DNA of 64,000 nt from Candidatus Cloacimonadales bacterium (GTDB lineage Bacteria > Cloacimonadota > Cloacimonadia > Cloacimonadales > JAFGVF01), in the NCBI GenBank assembly GCA_963663475.2, contig CAXXJV010000002.1:96001-160000 (forward strand), in the 5' to 3' direction. Below the pieces are notes generated by a model, which did no database searches, was not told the origin of the DNA, and saw nothing but the letters and a program-made list of their open reading frames with translations. Each line of letters starts with the position of its first letter. Positions within the stretch are counted from its first letter, which is position 1. Made by a program: the position numbers and the translations under genes. Shown piece after piece: positions 49,602 to 58,125 of this stretch.

Positions 49602-51712
49602 TATTCTATCTCCTGGAAACCATTATTAATTTTATAAATAATTATATTGATTAAAATAAATATTACTAGTGAAATTGTCAAGATAGAAATTGAACTCAAG
49701 CTGTATCCTTCTAAGATTTCTAGATATTTTGTTGGGATAAATTCTCTTCCAACTAGGATAGCTAAGGCATTATTTAAGAAATGAGCTAGCATAGGAAGAT
49801 ATATAGATTTTGTTGTATAGAGTAGGTAGCCTAACCAAATACCCAGGAAGGTTATTGGTAATAATTTATAAAAATCTAAATGGAAAATTGCAAAAAGTAC
49901 ACCAGTAAGAATTATACTTGTCCAAATACCTTTCTTTTCAAAGAAACGAGGCAGTAATCCTCTAAAGAGAAGTTCTTCAAAGATAGCTGGAGCAAGAGCG
50001 ATAACTCCTATAATAACTAATAAAGGAAGTTGCTGACCTGTCATAAGTTCCATCATACCAGCAAAATAATCTTCTGGAATTGGATAGAAGAAGTTTACTA
50101 CATTAGTCAAGGCTGATGAAATAATTATTGTAGGAACAGCCATTAAGGGAACTAGAATGAAGTTAGAGATTTTAGAAGCTTTGTATCTAAGGAAATTACG
50201 TGATTCTGCTCTAACTTCAGCTTTATTTCCGCCTTTCTTTTTAGGAAAGAGGAGGTTAACTAAGAGTAGAACAGGGAGACCAATTATAAATACTTGAGTT
50301 TTAAGAACTCCTTCCATCAATACTTCTTGATTAATACTACCGTTAGCGTAAGCTTCTCTTTGCCAGCCAAAACCAACATAATAGAGGAGACCAAGCATTA
50401 TCATATAAAAAATTAATCCAATTGCAGGAGTAAGCAATTGTCCCTTGTTTTTCTTAATCCCAGAAAGAGAAGTTTCTGACTGGGTTCTAAAGAGAACTTT
50501 TTCTGAAGCAAAGACTTTGATTGTTACGATAATGGCAATAATGTTCAAGACTATAGTAGAAGCTACAGTCAATCCAAAATGAGTAAAATTAACTCCTGAT
50601 AACATGATTTCTTTAAATAGTAGGGAAATATTAATGATAGGAATAAAGGCCAGTCCTTTATTCATTTCAAATCCTGGGAACATAGAAATCATAGCAAGCA
50701 TCATAGCGACCAGCATTATAGGGCTTTCGTATGACCTAGCTTCTTTCATATTTCGACTGTAGGTTGAGATTGTTAAAAGGATAGCACTGAATAAAAAGAC
50801 TATTGGTAGTAGTGATAGAAGTACCCAGACAAAGGAAGATAATGGGATATTAGCACCAACCATAGATCCACCTACCTGACTTACCATCTGCCTGAAAGAG
50901 AAATACATAGAAAACATATTTACAAAGACATTTACCAAACTAGCAGTTACAATAGTGAAGAATTTACCCATTACTATTTCGTTTCTAGTTACTGATGAAA
51001 CTAAAAGTGTTTCTAAGGTCTTTCTTTCCTTCTCGCCTGCTACTAAATCTGTGGCTACTACTGCGCCCCCTGATATAAGCAACATTATGAGTAAATAGGG
51101 GAGTACCCGCCCCATTACCATTCCTAGCATCTGTTGAGAGGAAGCTACATTGGTCATCTTAGCTTCTTGAGAAAGAGGATTCAAGAAGGCATCATCATTG
51201 GCTAAATCAGTTATCTCTCTCAATCTAACCCTAATTAAGTCTTTTTCAAAAGCTCCTATTAGAGATTTAACATCTTCTAAGGCTAGATTACTTTTATCAG
51301 AAGAACCATCATACTTATATTCAAAGAAATAGGTTTGTGGTTGGGAAAAGGAAACAGAATCTAGTTTTACTATAGTATGAATTACACCATCTTTAAGAAG
51401 TGTATCTATTTCACTTTTGCCATTGTAGATTTTTATTTTTTCATTTTCAGAAAGTTTTTCTTGGATGTTTGCTATTATATAATCTAATTCTTGGTTTTGG
51501 TAGTCGGTATAAGCATCAAAGTTTTCTAAAGCAATGACCTTAGTTTCTTCTTCCATTTTCTGTGTTTGCCGACTCATTAAGGATGAAACACCAATAAAAA
51601 GAACAGGATAGAGAATAAGGGGTAAGAGAATAGTAGAAAAGAGGGTTCGTTTGTCTCTATAGACTTCTAAAAGTTCCTTTAAATATATCTTTCTTACTTT
51701 TTTATAATTCAT
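49601..51712 (-). CDS. NatB-like ABC-2 permease fused to CPBP (Abi/CAAX) intramembrane protease
   Basis: RDKRT, AGEKERKTLETLL, GKF; EELLFRG, FAIFH, HFLNN. Confidence 0.88.
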   Translation of the reverse strand: MNYKKVRKIYLKELLEVYRDKRTLFSTILLPLILYPVLFIGVSSLMSRQTQKMEEETKVIALENFDAYTDYQNQELDYIIANIQEKLSENEKIKIYNGKSEIDTLLKDGVIHTIVKLDSVSFSQPQTYFFEYKYDGSSDKSNLALEDVKSLIGAFEKDLIRVRLREITDLANDDAFLNPLSQEAKMTNVASSQQMLGMVMGRVLPYLLIMLLISGGAVVATDLVAGEKERKTLETLLVSSVTRNEIVMGKFFTIVTASLVNVFVNMFSMYFSFRQMVSQVGGSMVGANIPLSSFVWVLLSLLPIVFLFSAILLTISTYSRNMKEARSYESPIMLVAMMLAMISMFPGFEMNKGLAFIPIINISLLFKEIMLSGVNFTHFGLTVASTIVLNIIAIIVTIKVFASEKVLFRTQSETSLSGIKKNKGQLLTPAIGLIFYMIMLGLLYYVGFGWQREAYANGSINQEVLMEGVLKTQVFIIGLPVLLLVNLLFPKKKGGNKAEVRAESRNFLRYKASKISNFILVPLMAVPTIIISSALTNVVNFFYPIPEDYFAGMMELMTGQQLPLLVIIGVIALAPAIFEELLFRGLLPRFFEKKGIWTSIILTGVLFAIFHLDFYKLLPITFLGIWLGYLLYTTKSIYLPMLAHFLNNALAILVGREFIPTKYLEILEGYSLSSISILTISLVIFILINIIIYKINNGFQEIE

Positions 51713-52466
51713 GGTCTGCCACCTCTTCTTCTGTCATTTTATTAACATAATAGACGAATATATCGTCTAAATCTGATAGCTGAGTTTCTTGTCTTAAAAA
51801 TTCTAAGCTACCTTGGGTTAGTATTTTTCCTTGGTGAATCATGACAATTCTATCAGCTAGTCTTTCTGCTTCTCGCATAATATGAGTAGAAAAGAGAACA
51901 CTCTTTCCTTCTTCTTTTGATCTTTTGATAAAGGAAACAATATTTCTTGCAGTGAGTATATCCAATCCCGAAGTTGGTTCATCTAGAATCATTACTGGCG
52001 GATTATGGATTATAGAGCGAACAATTGAAACTTTTTGGCGCATACCAGTAGATAAAAAGTCAATCTTCTTATCAAGAAATTCTTGCATATCTAACATTTC
52101 TGCCATCTCAGCAATTCTCTGGTCAGTAACCCTACGTTCTAAGCCATAAAGATCCCCAAAATATCTGAGAAACTCTCTAACTTTAAGTCTAGTGTAAAGT
52201 CCTGTATCGCCTGAAAGAAAACCTAAGTTCCTTCTAACATCATGTCCTTGGTGTACTATATCATATCCTTCTATCTCAGCAGTACCTGAAGTTGGTTCAA
52301 ACACAGTTGAAAGTATTCTCATAGTTGTTGTTTTACCTGCTCCATTTACCCCCAGCAAGCAAACAATTTCACCTTTATTTACCTGAAAGGAGACATTATC
52401 TACAGCAGTAAAAAGTTCTCCATCCTTTTGCGTGAATTGTTTAGTTAAATTCATAACTTCTATCAT
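51702..52466 (-). CDS. NatA-like ABC transporter ATPase
   Basis: GVNGAGKTT, LSTGMRQK, LDEPTSGLD, STH. Confidence 0.92.
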   Translation of the reverse strand: MIEVMNLTKQFTQKDGELFTAVDNVSFQVNKGEIVCLLGVNGAGKTTTMRILSTVFEPTSGTAEIEGYDIVHQGHDVRRNLGFLSGDTGLYTRLKVREFLRYFGDLYGLERRVTDQRIAEMAEMLDMQEFLDKKIDFLSTGMRQKVSIVRSIIHNPPVMILDEPTSGLDILTARNIVSFIKRSKEEGKSVLFSTHIMREAERLADRIVMIHQGKILTQGSLEFLRQETQLSDLDDIFVYYVNKMTEEEVADHEL

Positions 52467-52782
52467 AAACTATATCCTTGATTTTTATTTATTTTTTTAT
52501 TAGGTAAATATCAGCTTTGGTTAAAATATGTCAATATCTTTTTATTTGAGAAATAAAAAGATAGGAGACTGTTAAATTATCAAGCGACCCTCCCCAGTAG
52601 CTTATCCTTAAAGAAGTGAATAATATTGCCATTAATTAGGTGTTCTTGATAAATCTTCTTATATCCTCAAGGGATACTATATAATACGAGCAGAAGAGAG
52701 CACTAGAGGGGAGATATACCCTAATCAAATACCAATTTATGTCCAGATATAACCTTCATTATAATTTTGTTTATACTTTTTA

Positions 52783-52946
52783 ACCCAAATAATGCAGTAG
52801 ACCATTGCGAATAGCACTATCTTCTTTTGCAAAAGTAAGCTACATAATTTTCAGGAATATATATATTATATGCCTTCAAATTCTGTAACTTATTTTGCTA
52901 AAAGAATCTAGCACTCTTCATCAAAGTTCTACTGCACCATTCGGGT
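52783..52946. mobile_element. Hairpin MITE family, full-length copy (subtype A, 164 bp)
   Basis: Near-identical to 34650-34813; TTA/TTA flanks. Confidence 0.9.
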
Positions 52947-53025
52947 TTAAAGAAACTTTGTGATGGTGGTTTTCATGGTCTTCATAAATGTATTTTCTAT
53001 ATTTATTAAGTTAATTTGTGAGAAT

Positions 53026-53059
53026 AAAAAAAGACCCTCATATTGGCATATATGAGGGT
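53026..53059 (-). terminator. Intrinsic terminator after M42 peptidase
   Basis: A run then ACCCTCATAT-loop-ATATGAGGGT. Confidence 0.8.
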
Positions 53060-53082
53060 AGTTTACTGTATCTTTACTTGAT

Positions 53083-54156
53083 TTAGTTAAGATGGAAAGG
53101 ATATAAATCAATATCCTCATCTATCTTTTTCACAAATTCAAAAATTAATTTTGCGGTATTTTCTAAGTCTTTTAAAGAAATAACTTCATTAGGGGAATGC
53201 ATATAGCGATTAGGAATGGAAATTACAGCAGTAGCAATACCACCATTAAGTTTAAAGAAAGAGTCTGCATCAGTACCAGTTCTGTTTGTATCAATAGAAA
53301 CTTGATAAGGTATTTTCTTTTCTTTAGCAGTTTCGATAAGCATTTTCCATACCTTAGGATTTAAGGAAGATCCCATAGCTATAACAGGTCCACCACCAAT
53401 TTTTACATCACCAAAGATTCTTTTATCAACACCAGGATGGTCTGAAGAGAATGTTACATCAACAGCGATACCAATAGTTGGTTTTAGGGTGTCAGCTATC
53501 GTATAAGCACCCTTGCCGTTAGACTCTTCACAAACAGTTGAAACACTGTGAACAGTTGGTAAGATTTCTTCTTTCTCTTTAGAAAGGTAATATTGAACTA
53601 AGCCAGCGACAAAAACTCCTGTTTTGTTATCAGCAGCTTTACTAACTACTATGTCATCAGTAAGTTCTTCATAACCAGGAGTAAAAGTAGCAAAATCACC
53701 AATAGAAACTCTTTTTTCAGCCTCTTCTTTATTTTTAGCTCCAATATCTAACCAAAGATCTTCAATCTTGTCAGGAGCTTTATCTCCACTTTTTACCATA
53801 TGAGCAGCTTTTTTACCAAAGATTGCCCTTACTATTTGTCCTTCATGAACAATAGAAATTCTTAAACCAGGTAGTAAAGTTACATCAAGTCCACCTAAGA
53901 CTCTTACATAAACATAACCATCACTATCAATATGATTAACCATAAAACCAATTTCATCACCATGACCAGCAATCATAACTGAGAAATCAGTTTTGCCTTT
54001 GGTAGTTGCAACAACATTCCCATTAATATCTGATTCGACTTGATCAGAATAATCTTTTACGAAATCATAATAAGCTTTTTGTCCTGCATACTCAAAACCT
54101 GAAGGTCCTTGAGCAGTAACTAAATCTTTATAGAATTCTTTTAATTTTTTATTCAC
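53083..54156 (-). CDS. M42-family metalloaminopeptidase
   Basis: PSGFE, AGHGDEIG, DIGA, ADNK, EE, AVDV, GTDA, RYMHS. Confidence 0.92.
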   Translation of the reverse strand: MNKKLKEFYKDLVTAQGPSGFEYAGQKAYYDFVKDYSDQVESDINGNVVATTKGKTDFSVMIAGHGDEIGFMVNHIDSDGYVYVRVLGGLDVTLLPGLRISIVHEGQIVRAIFGKKAAHMVKSGDKAPDKIEDLWLDIGAKNKEEAEKRVSIGDFATFTPGYEELTDDIVVSKAADNKTGVFVAGLVQYYLSKEKEEILPTVHSVSTVCEESNGKGAYTIADTLKPTIGIAVDVTFSSDHPGVDKRIFGDVKIGGGPVIAMGSSLNPKVWKMLIETAKEKKIPYQVSIDTNRTGTDADSFFKLNGGIATAVISIPNRYMHSPNEVISLKDLENTAKLIFEFVKKIDEDIDLYPFHLN

Positions 54157-54171
54157 TTTAAACTCCGTTTA

Positions 54172-54579
54172 TTAACAATTATTTGCAGTTCCAGCAGCGA
54201 ATGGATTGCCAGTACTTTCTTCTTTTTTCTTTTTTGGGGCATCTTCATGAGGAACGATGCAGAGGAATTTCATAACACTTTCACCAGTGTTCTTAAATTG
54301 GTGATAAATATCAGGATCAACATAGATAACATCATATCTTTTAAAAGGTCTCTTTTCGCCAGCAAGAACTAACTCACCTTCACCTTCAAGGACAAATACT
54401 TCATGCTCCCAAGCATGACTGTGGAATGGGGTATTACCACCAGCTTGTACTTCAAACATTCTGAGAGCAAAATTAGGGGCACTATCCTTTTTGGAGATTA
54501 ACCATCTAATCTTAGTTCCAACAGCACCTTCTACATTTACATCTTCTAATTTGACTTTGTCAAAGGAGACTAATTTCAT
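54172..54579 (-). CDS. Cupin-domain protein
   Basis: HSHAWEHEVFVLEG...HQFKN; start ATG 54579 after GGAGG. Confidence 0.9.
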   Translation of the reverse strand: MKLVSFDKVKLEDVNVEGAVGTKIRWLISKKDSAPNFALRMFEVQAGGNTPFHSHAWEHEVFVLEGEGELVLAGEKRPFKRYDVIYVDPDIYHQFKNTGESVMKFLCIVPHEDAPKKKKEESTGNPFAAGTANNC

Positions 54580-54611
54580 CTTTACCTCCAAGGGTTTTTA
54601 TATTTTTAGAG

Positions 54612-54640
54612 ATAATAATATTTTTTAGTCTTACTGTCAA
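54612..54640 (-). promoter_or_regulatory. Sigma70-type promoter for the cupin-M42 operon
   Basis: TTGACA-17 nt-TATTAT on the minus strand. Confidence 0.6.
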
Positions 54641-54774
54641 ATAAAATTATTACTTTATTAGATAAATTTAGTCTTTAACTAATTAGTTGTGAAAATAATT
54701 TCACTTTATCTTGACTGATTTACTAGTTAAAAATAGGAGTCCCTTGTAAAATTATTATAAAAAGGAAAAATTGA

Positions 54775-56595
54775 ATGCAGAAAATTAAGAATATCGCCAT
54801 CATTGCTCATGTTGACCACGGAAAAACTACTCTAGTAGATGCAGCTTTGAAGCAAGCTGGTGTCTTTCGTGTGAATGAGAAAATTGAAGAAAGAGTGATG
54901 GATTCTAACGATATAGAAAAGGAGAGAGGTATTACAATATTCTCAAAGAACGCATCTCTCTTCTATAAAGATTATAAGATAAATATTGTTGATACTCCAG
55001 GTCATGCTGATTTTGGAGGAGAGGTTCAGAGAATTATGAAGATGGTGGACTCTGTTCTTCTACTAGTTGATGCTTATGAGGGCCCAATGCCTCAAACTAA
55101 ATATGTTTTAAAAAAGTCTTTAGAACTAGGAATCAAACCTATAGTTGTAATTAACAAAATTGATAGGCCTAACTCTAAACCTCATGATGTTCTTGATGCT
55201 ATATTTGAACTTTTTATGGAACTTAATGCTTCTGATGAACAGCTAGACTTCCCAGTTGTTTATGCTTCAGCTCGAGATGGCTATGCAAAGAAAAATTTGG
55301 AAGATGAATCTGATGATATTTTTCCTCTTTTAGATACTATATTAGAGAGTGTAGATGATACAAAAGGTGATAGAAGTAAGCCTCTTCAAATGCTTACTTC
55401 AGCTATAGAATATGATAACTATATTGGTAAGTTAGGTACTGGTAAAATCCATAATGGCGAGATTTCTGTGGGCCAAGAGGTAGCTTTAATAAAAAGAGAT
55501 GAAAAAGTTATCTCTTTTAAAGTTTCAAAACTCTTTACCTTCGATGGTCTTAAGAAAAAATCAGTTTACACCGCCTATGCTGGTGATATTGTTTCTGTGG
55601 CAGGCTCAGATTTTATTGATGTTGGTGAAACAATCTCTGATAAAGATTTCTTAGAAGCTTTACCTTCTATTGATATTGACGAACCTACTATCGCTATGGA
55701 ATTTATGGTTAATGATTCACCTTTTGTGGGAAAATCAGGTAAATGGGTAACTTCTAAGAAGATTTGGGAACGCTTACAAAAAGAGCTCCAAACAAATGTT
55801 TCTTTAGTGGTAGAAAAAACTGCTTCAGCTGATACTTTTGTTGTTAAAGGAAGAGGTGAGCTTCAGCTTTCAATCTTAATCGAAAACATGAGAAGAGAAG
55901 GTTATGAATTACAAGTTTCAAAACCTAAGGTTATACTTAAAGAGATTGATGGCAAAATTCATGAACCGATTGAACTTGCTATTGTGGATGTCTCAGAAGA
56001 ATTTGTGGGAACTGTGATTGAGATGATGGGAAAAAGAAAAGGTGAGTTAGTTAATATGAACTCTGCTGTAGATGGCTATTCTCGTTGTGAATTCACTATT
56101 CCTGCTCGTGGACTTATTGGCTTTAGAAATGAATTTATGACTGTTACTCGTGGTACAGGTATTATTAATCACAGTTTCTTTGAATATGAACTGCATAAGG
56201 GTGAAATTACTGGTTCAAATCATGGATCATTAATTGCCATGGAAGCTGGCGTTGCCTTAGGTTATTCTCTGAATAATTTCCAACCAAGAGGTGTTCTTTT
56301 TATCCATCCAAACACCCAAGTTTATGCTGGTATGATTGTTGGCCAACACTCTAAAGATTCTGATTTGGTTATCAATGTAATCAAAGGGAAAAAATTAACT
56401 AACATGAGAGCTTCAGGCAGTGATGATGCTTTAAAACTTGCTCCGCCAAGAATATTCTCTCTAGAACAAGCACTGGAATATATTGGCGATGATGAGCTTT
56501 TAGAGGTTACACCTGATGCTATTAGAATGAGAAAGAAAATACTAAATCATTTAGATCGAAAAAGATTTGATAATAAAAAAGGTGAGATAAACTAA
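54775..56595 (+). CDS. typA: Translational GTPase TypA/BipA
   Basis: AHVDHGKTT, ERGITI, DTPGHADFGGEV, NKID, GRGELQL, KKLTNMRASG. Confidence 0.98.
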   Translation: MQKIKNIAIIAHVDHGKTTLVDAALKQAGVFRVNEKIEERVMDSNDIEKERGITIFSKNASLFYKDYKINIVDTPGHADFGGEVQRIMKMVDSVLLLVDAYEGPMPQTKYVLKKSLELGIKPIVVINKIDRPNSKPHDVLDAIFELFMELNASDEQLDFPVVYASARDGYAKKNLEDESDDIFPLLDTILESVDDTKGDRSKPLQMLTSAIEYDNYIGKLGTGKIHNGEISVGQEVALIKRDEKVISFKVSKLFTFDGLKKKSVYTAYAGDIVSVAGSDFIDVGETISDKDFLEALPSIDIDEPTIAMEFMVNDSPFVGKSGKWVTSKKIWERLQKELQTNVSLVVEKTASADTFVVKGRGELQLSILIENMRREGYELQVSKPKVILKEIDGKIHEPIELAIVDVSEEFVGTVIEMMGKRKGELVNMNSAVDGYSRCEFTIPARGLIGFRNEFMTVTRGTGIINHSFFEYELHKGEITGSNHGSLIAMEAGVALGYSLNNFQPRGVLFIHPNTQVYAGMIVGQHSKDSDLVINVIKGKKLTNMRASGSDDALKLAPPRIFSLEQALEYIGDDELLEVTPDAIRMRKKILNHLDRKRFDNKKGEIN

Positions 56596-56632
56596 CCTAG
56601 AAATCTTTATTGAATGTCTTAAATAAACTCTT

Positions 56633-56660
56633 AAAACGTCTCATTCTTGTGAGGCGTTTT
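56633..56660 (+). terminator. Intrinsic terminator after typA
   Basis: AAAACGTCTCA-ttcttg-TGAGGCGTTTT. Confidence 0.78.
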
Positions 56661-56668
56661 CTATATTA

Positions 56669-56774
56669 ACCCAAATAATGCAATAGATCTTTGAGAATAG
56701 CACTATATTCTTTTGCAAGCTATTTTGCTAAAAGAACTTGCACTCTTCTCTAAAGCTCTATTGCACCATTGGGA
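56669..56774. mobile_element. Hairpin MITE family, internally deleted copy (106 bp)
   Basis: ACCCAAATAATGCAATAG...CTATTGCACCATTGGGA, TTA/TTA flanks. Confidence 0.8.
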
Positions 56775-56879
56775 TTAATAGGAAATAGAAGCTCCTTGCT
56801 TCCACAAGAAAGCAAAGATAGACTTTGTGCCAAAATAACAAGAAAAGTCTCTTATTTTAACCCAAATAAGGAAAAATAA

Positions 56880-58115
56880 ATGATAAATCAAATTGAGTTA
56901 ATTATTAATCAGATTGTTGGTTCAACTTGGATAACAAAAATATTGATGTCAATACTTGTAATTGCTACGGCGGTGGTGATTTATAAGTTATCAGTATTTG
57001 TCATCTTGAAGATAGTAAGAAAGCTAGTTGAGAGAAAAGACCCTGAAGTGAGGGGTAACTATCTAAAAACAGGGATTTTTAGAAGAGCTTCTTTACTTAT
57101 TCCCTTGTCTTTTTTAACTGTTTTGATGACTATCTGGGATGGTTATTCTCAAATAGTATATAACATCTTTTATATTGCTGCTCTCTTTATAGCTGTCTTG
57201 GTTATTGATGCTATCTTAAATGCTATCGAGTTAGTTAATAGATCTAAATTTCAAGGTCATCCTAATTTCTCATTCAGAATATTCTCGCAAATAGCTAAAA
57301 TATTCCTTTTTATAGTATTCGCAATCATTTCTCTATCTCTACTCTTTGGTATGTCTCCTTACAAATTTATTACAGGTTTTTCAGCAATGACAGCAGTTGT
57401 TCTCCTCATATTCCGTGACACAATCTTATCCATAGTCTCATCAATGGAGATATCATCCTATGATCTAGTTAGAATCGGAGATTGGATAGAAATGCCTAGT
57501 ATGGATACTAATGGTGAAATTATCGAAATTAACCTGCATCAGATAAAAGTGCAAAACTGGGATAAAACAGTAACAACTATACCTACTCTTAAGCTGACAG
57601 AGCATTCTTTTAAGAACTGGAGACACATGAAGGATTCTGGCTCAAGAAGAATTAAAAGATCTATAAATATTGATTTGAATACAATTAAAATCTGTAGTCC
57701 TGAAATGATAGAAAGTTTTAGAAATATAAATATTTTACGAGACTATATCACTAAAAAAGAAAATGAAATACTAGAATATAACCGACAACAAACAAACTCT
57801 AATTTAAAAAAAAGAACTAACTATAGGGGTTTAACTAACATTGGTGTTTTTAGAACATATATTGAACAATATTTAAAGAATCATAAGGATGTAAATCAAG
57901 ATATGACCTTCCTTGTAAGGCAATTACAACCTAATGATAAAGGCTTACCTCTAGAAATTTATGCCTTCATCAACGAAACTAATCTATCTGAATTTGAAAG
58001 AATCCAATCTGATATTTTTGATTTTCTGATAGCAATATTACCTGAGTTTGAATTGAAGTTATTCCAACTACCCTCAGGCAGAGATTTTAAGAGAAAATTT
58101 AGACCAGAATATTAA
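56880..58115 (+). CDS. MscS-family mechanosensitive channel (YbdG/MscM-like)
   Basis: GDWIEMP, VQNWDKT, FKNWR, RRIKR, TNIGVFR, GLPLEIY. Confidence 0.92.
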   Translation: MINQIELIINQIVGSTWITKILMSILVIATAVVIYKLSVFVILKIVRKLVERKDPEVRGNYLKTGIFRRASLLIPLSFLTVLMTIWDGYSQIVYNIFYIAALFIAVLVIDAILNAIELVNRSKFQGHPNFSFRIFSQIAKIFLFIVFAIISLSLLFGMSPYKFITGFSAMTAVVLLIFRDTILSIVSSMEISSYDLVRIGDWIEMPSMDTNGEIIEINLHQIKVQNWDKTVTTIPTLKLTEHSFKNWRHMKDSGSRRIKRSINIDLNTIKICSPEMIESFRNINILRDYITKKENEILEYNRQQTNSNLKKRTNYRGLTNIGVFRTYIEQYLKNHKDVNQDMTFLVRQLQPNDKGLPLEIYAFINETNLSEFERIQSDIFDFLIAILPEFELKLFQLPSGRDFKRKFRPEY

Positions 58116-58125
58116 TATAGCAAAA

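Noticed and set aside
49601-49800. glmS ribozyme upstream of glmS
   Set aside because: The upstream sequence is coding and overlaps the glmS start; no leader is available.
3471-54716. Many further TTGAC(A/T) hexamers upstream of operons (3471, 4579, 26129, 26648, 29240, 33576, 39433, 54711) as promoters
   Set aside because: Probably real -35 boxes, but I found no convincing -10 at 17-nt spacing, so they were not annotated.
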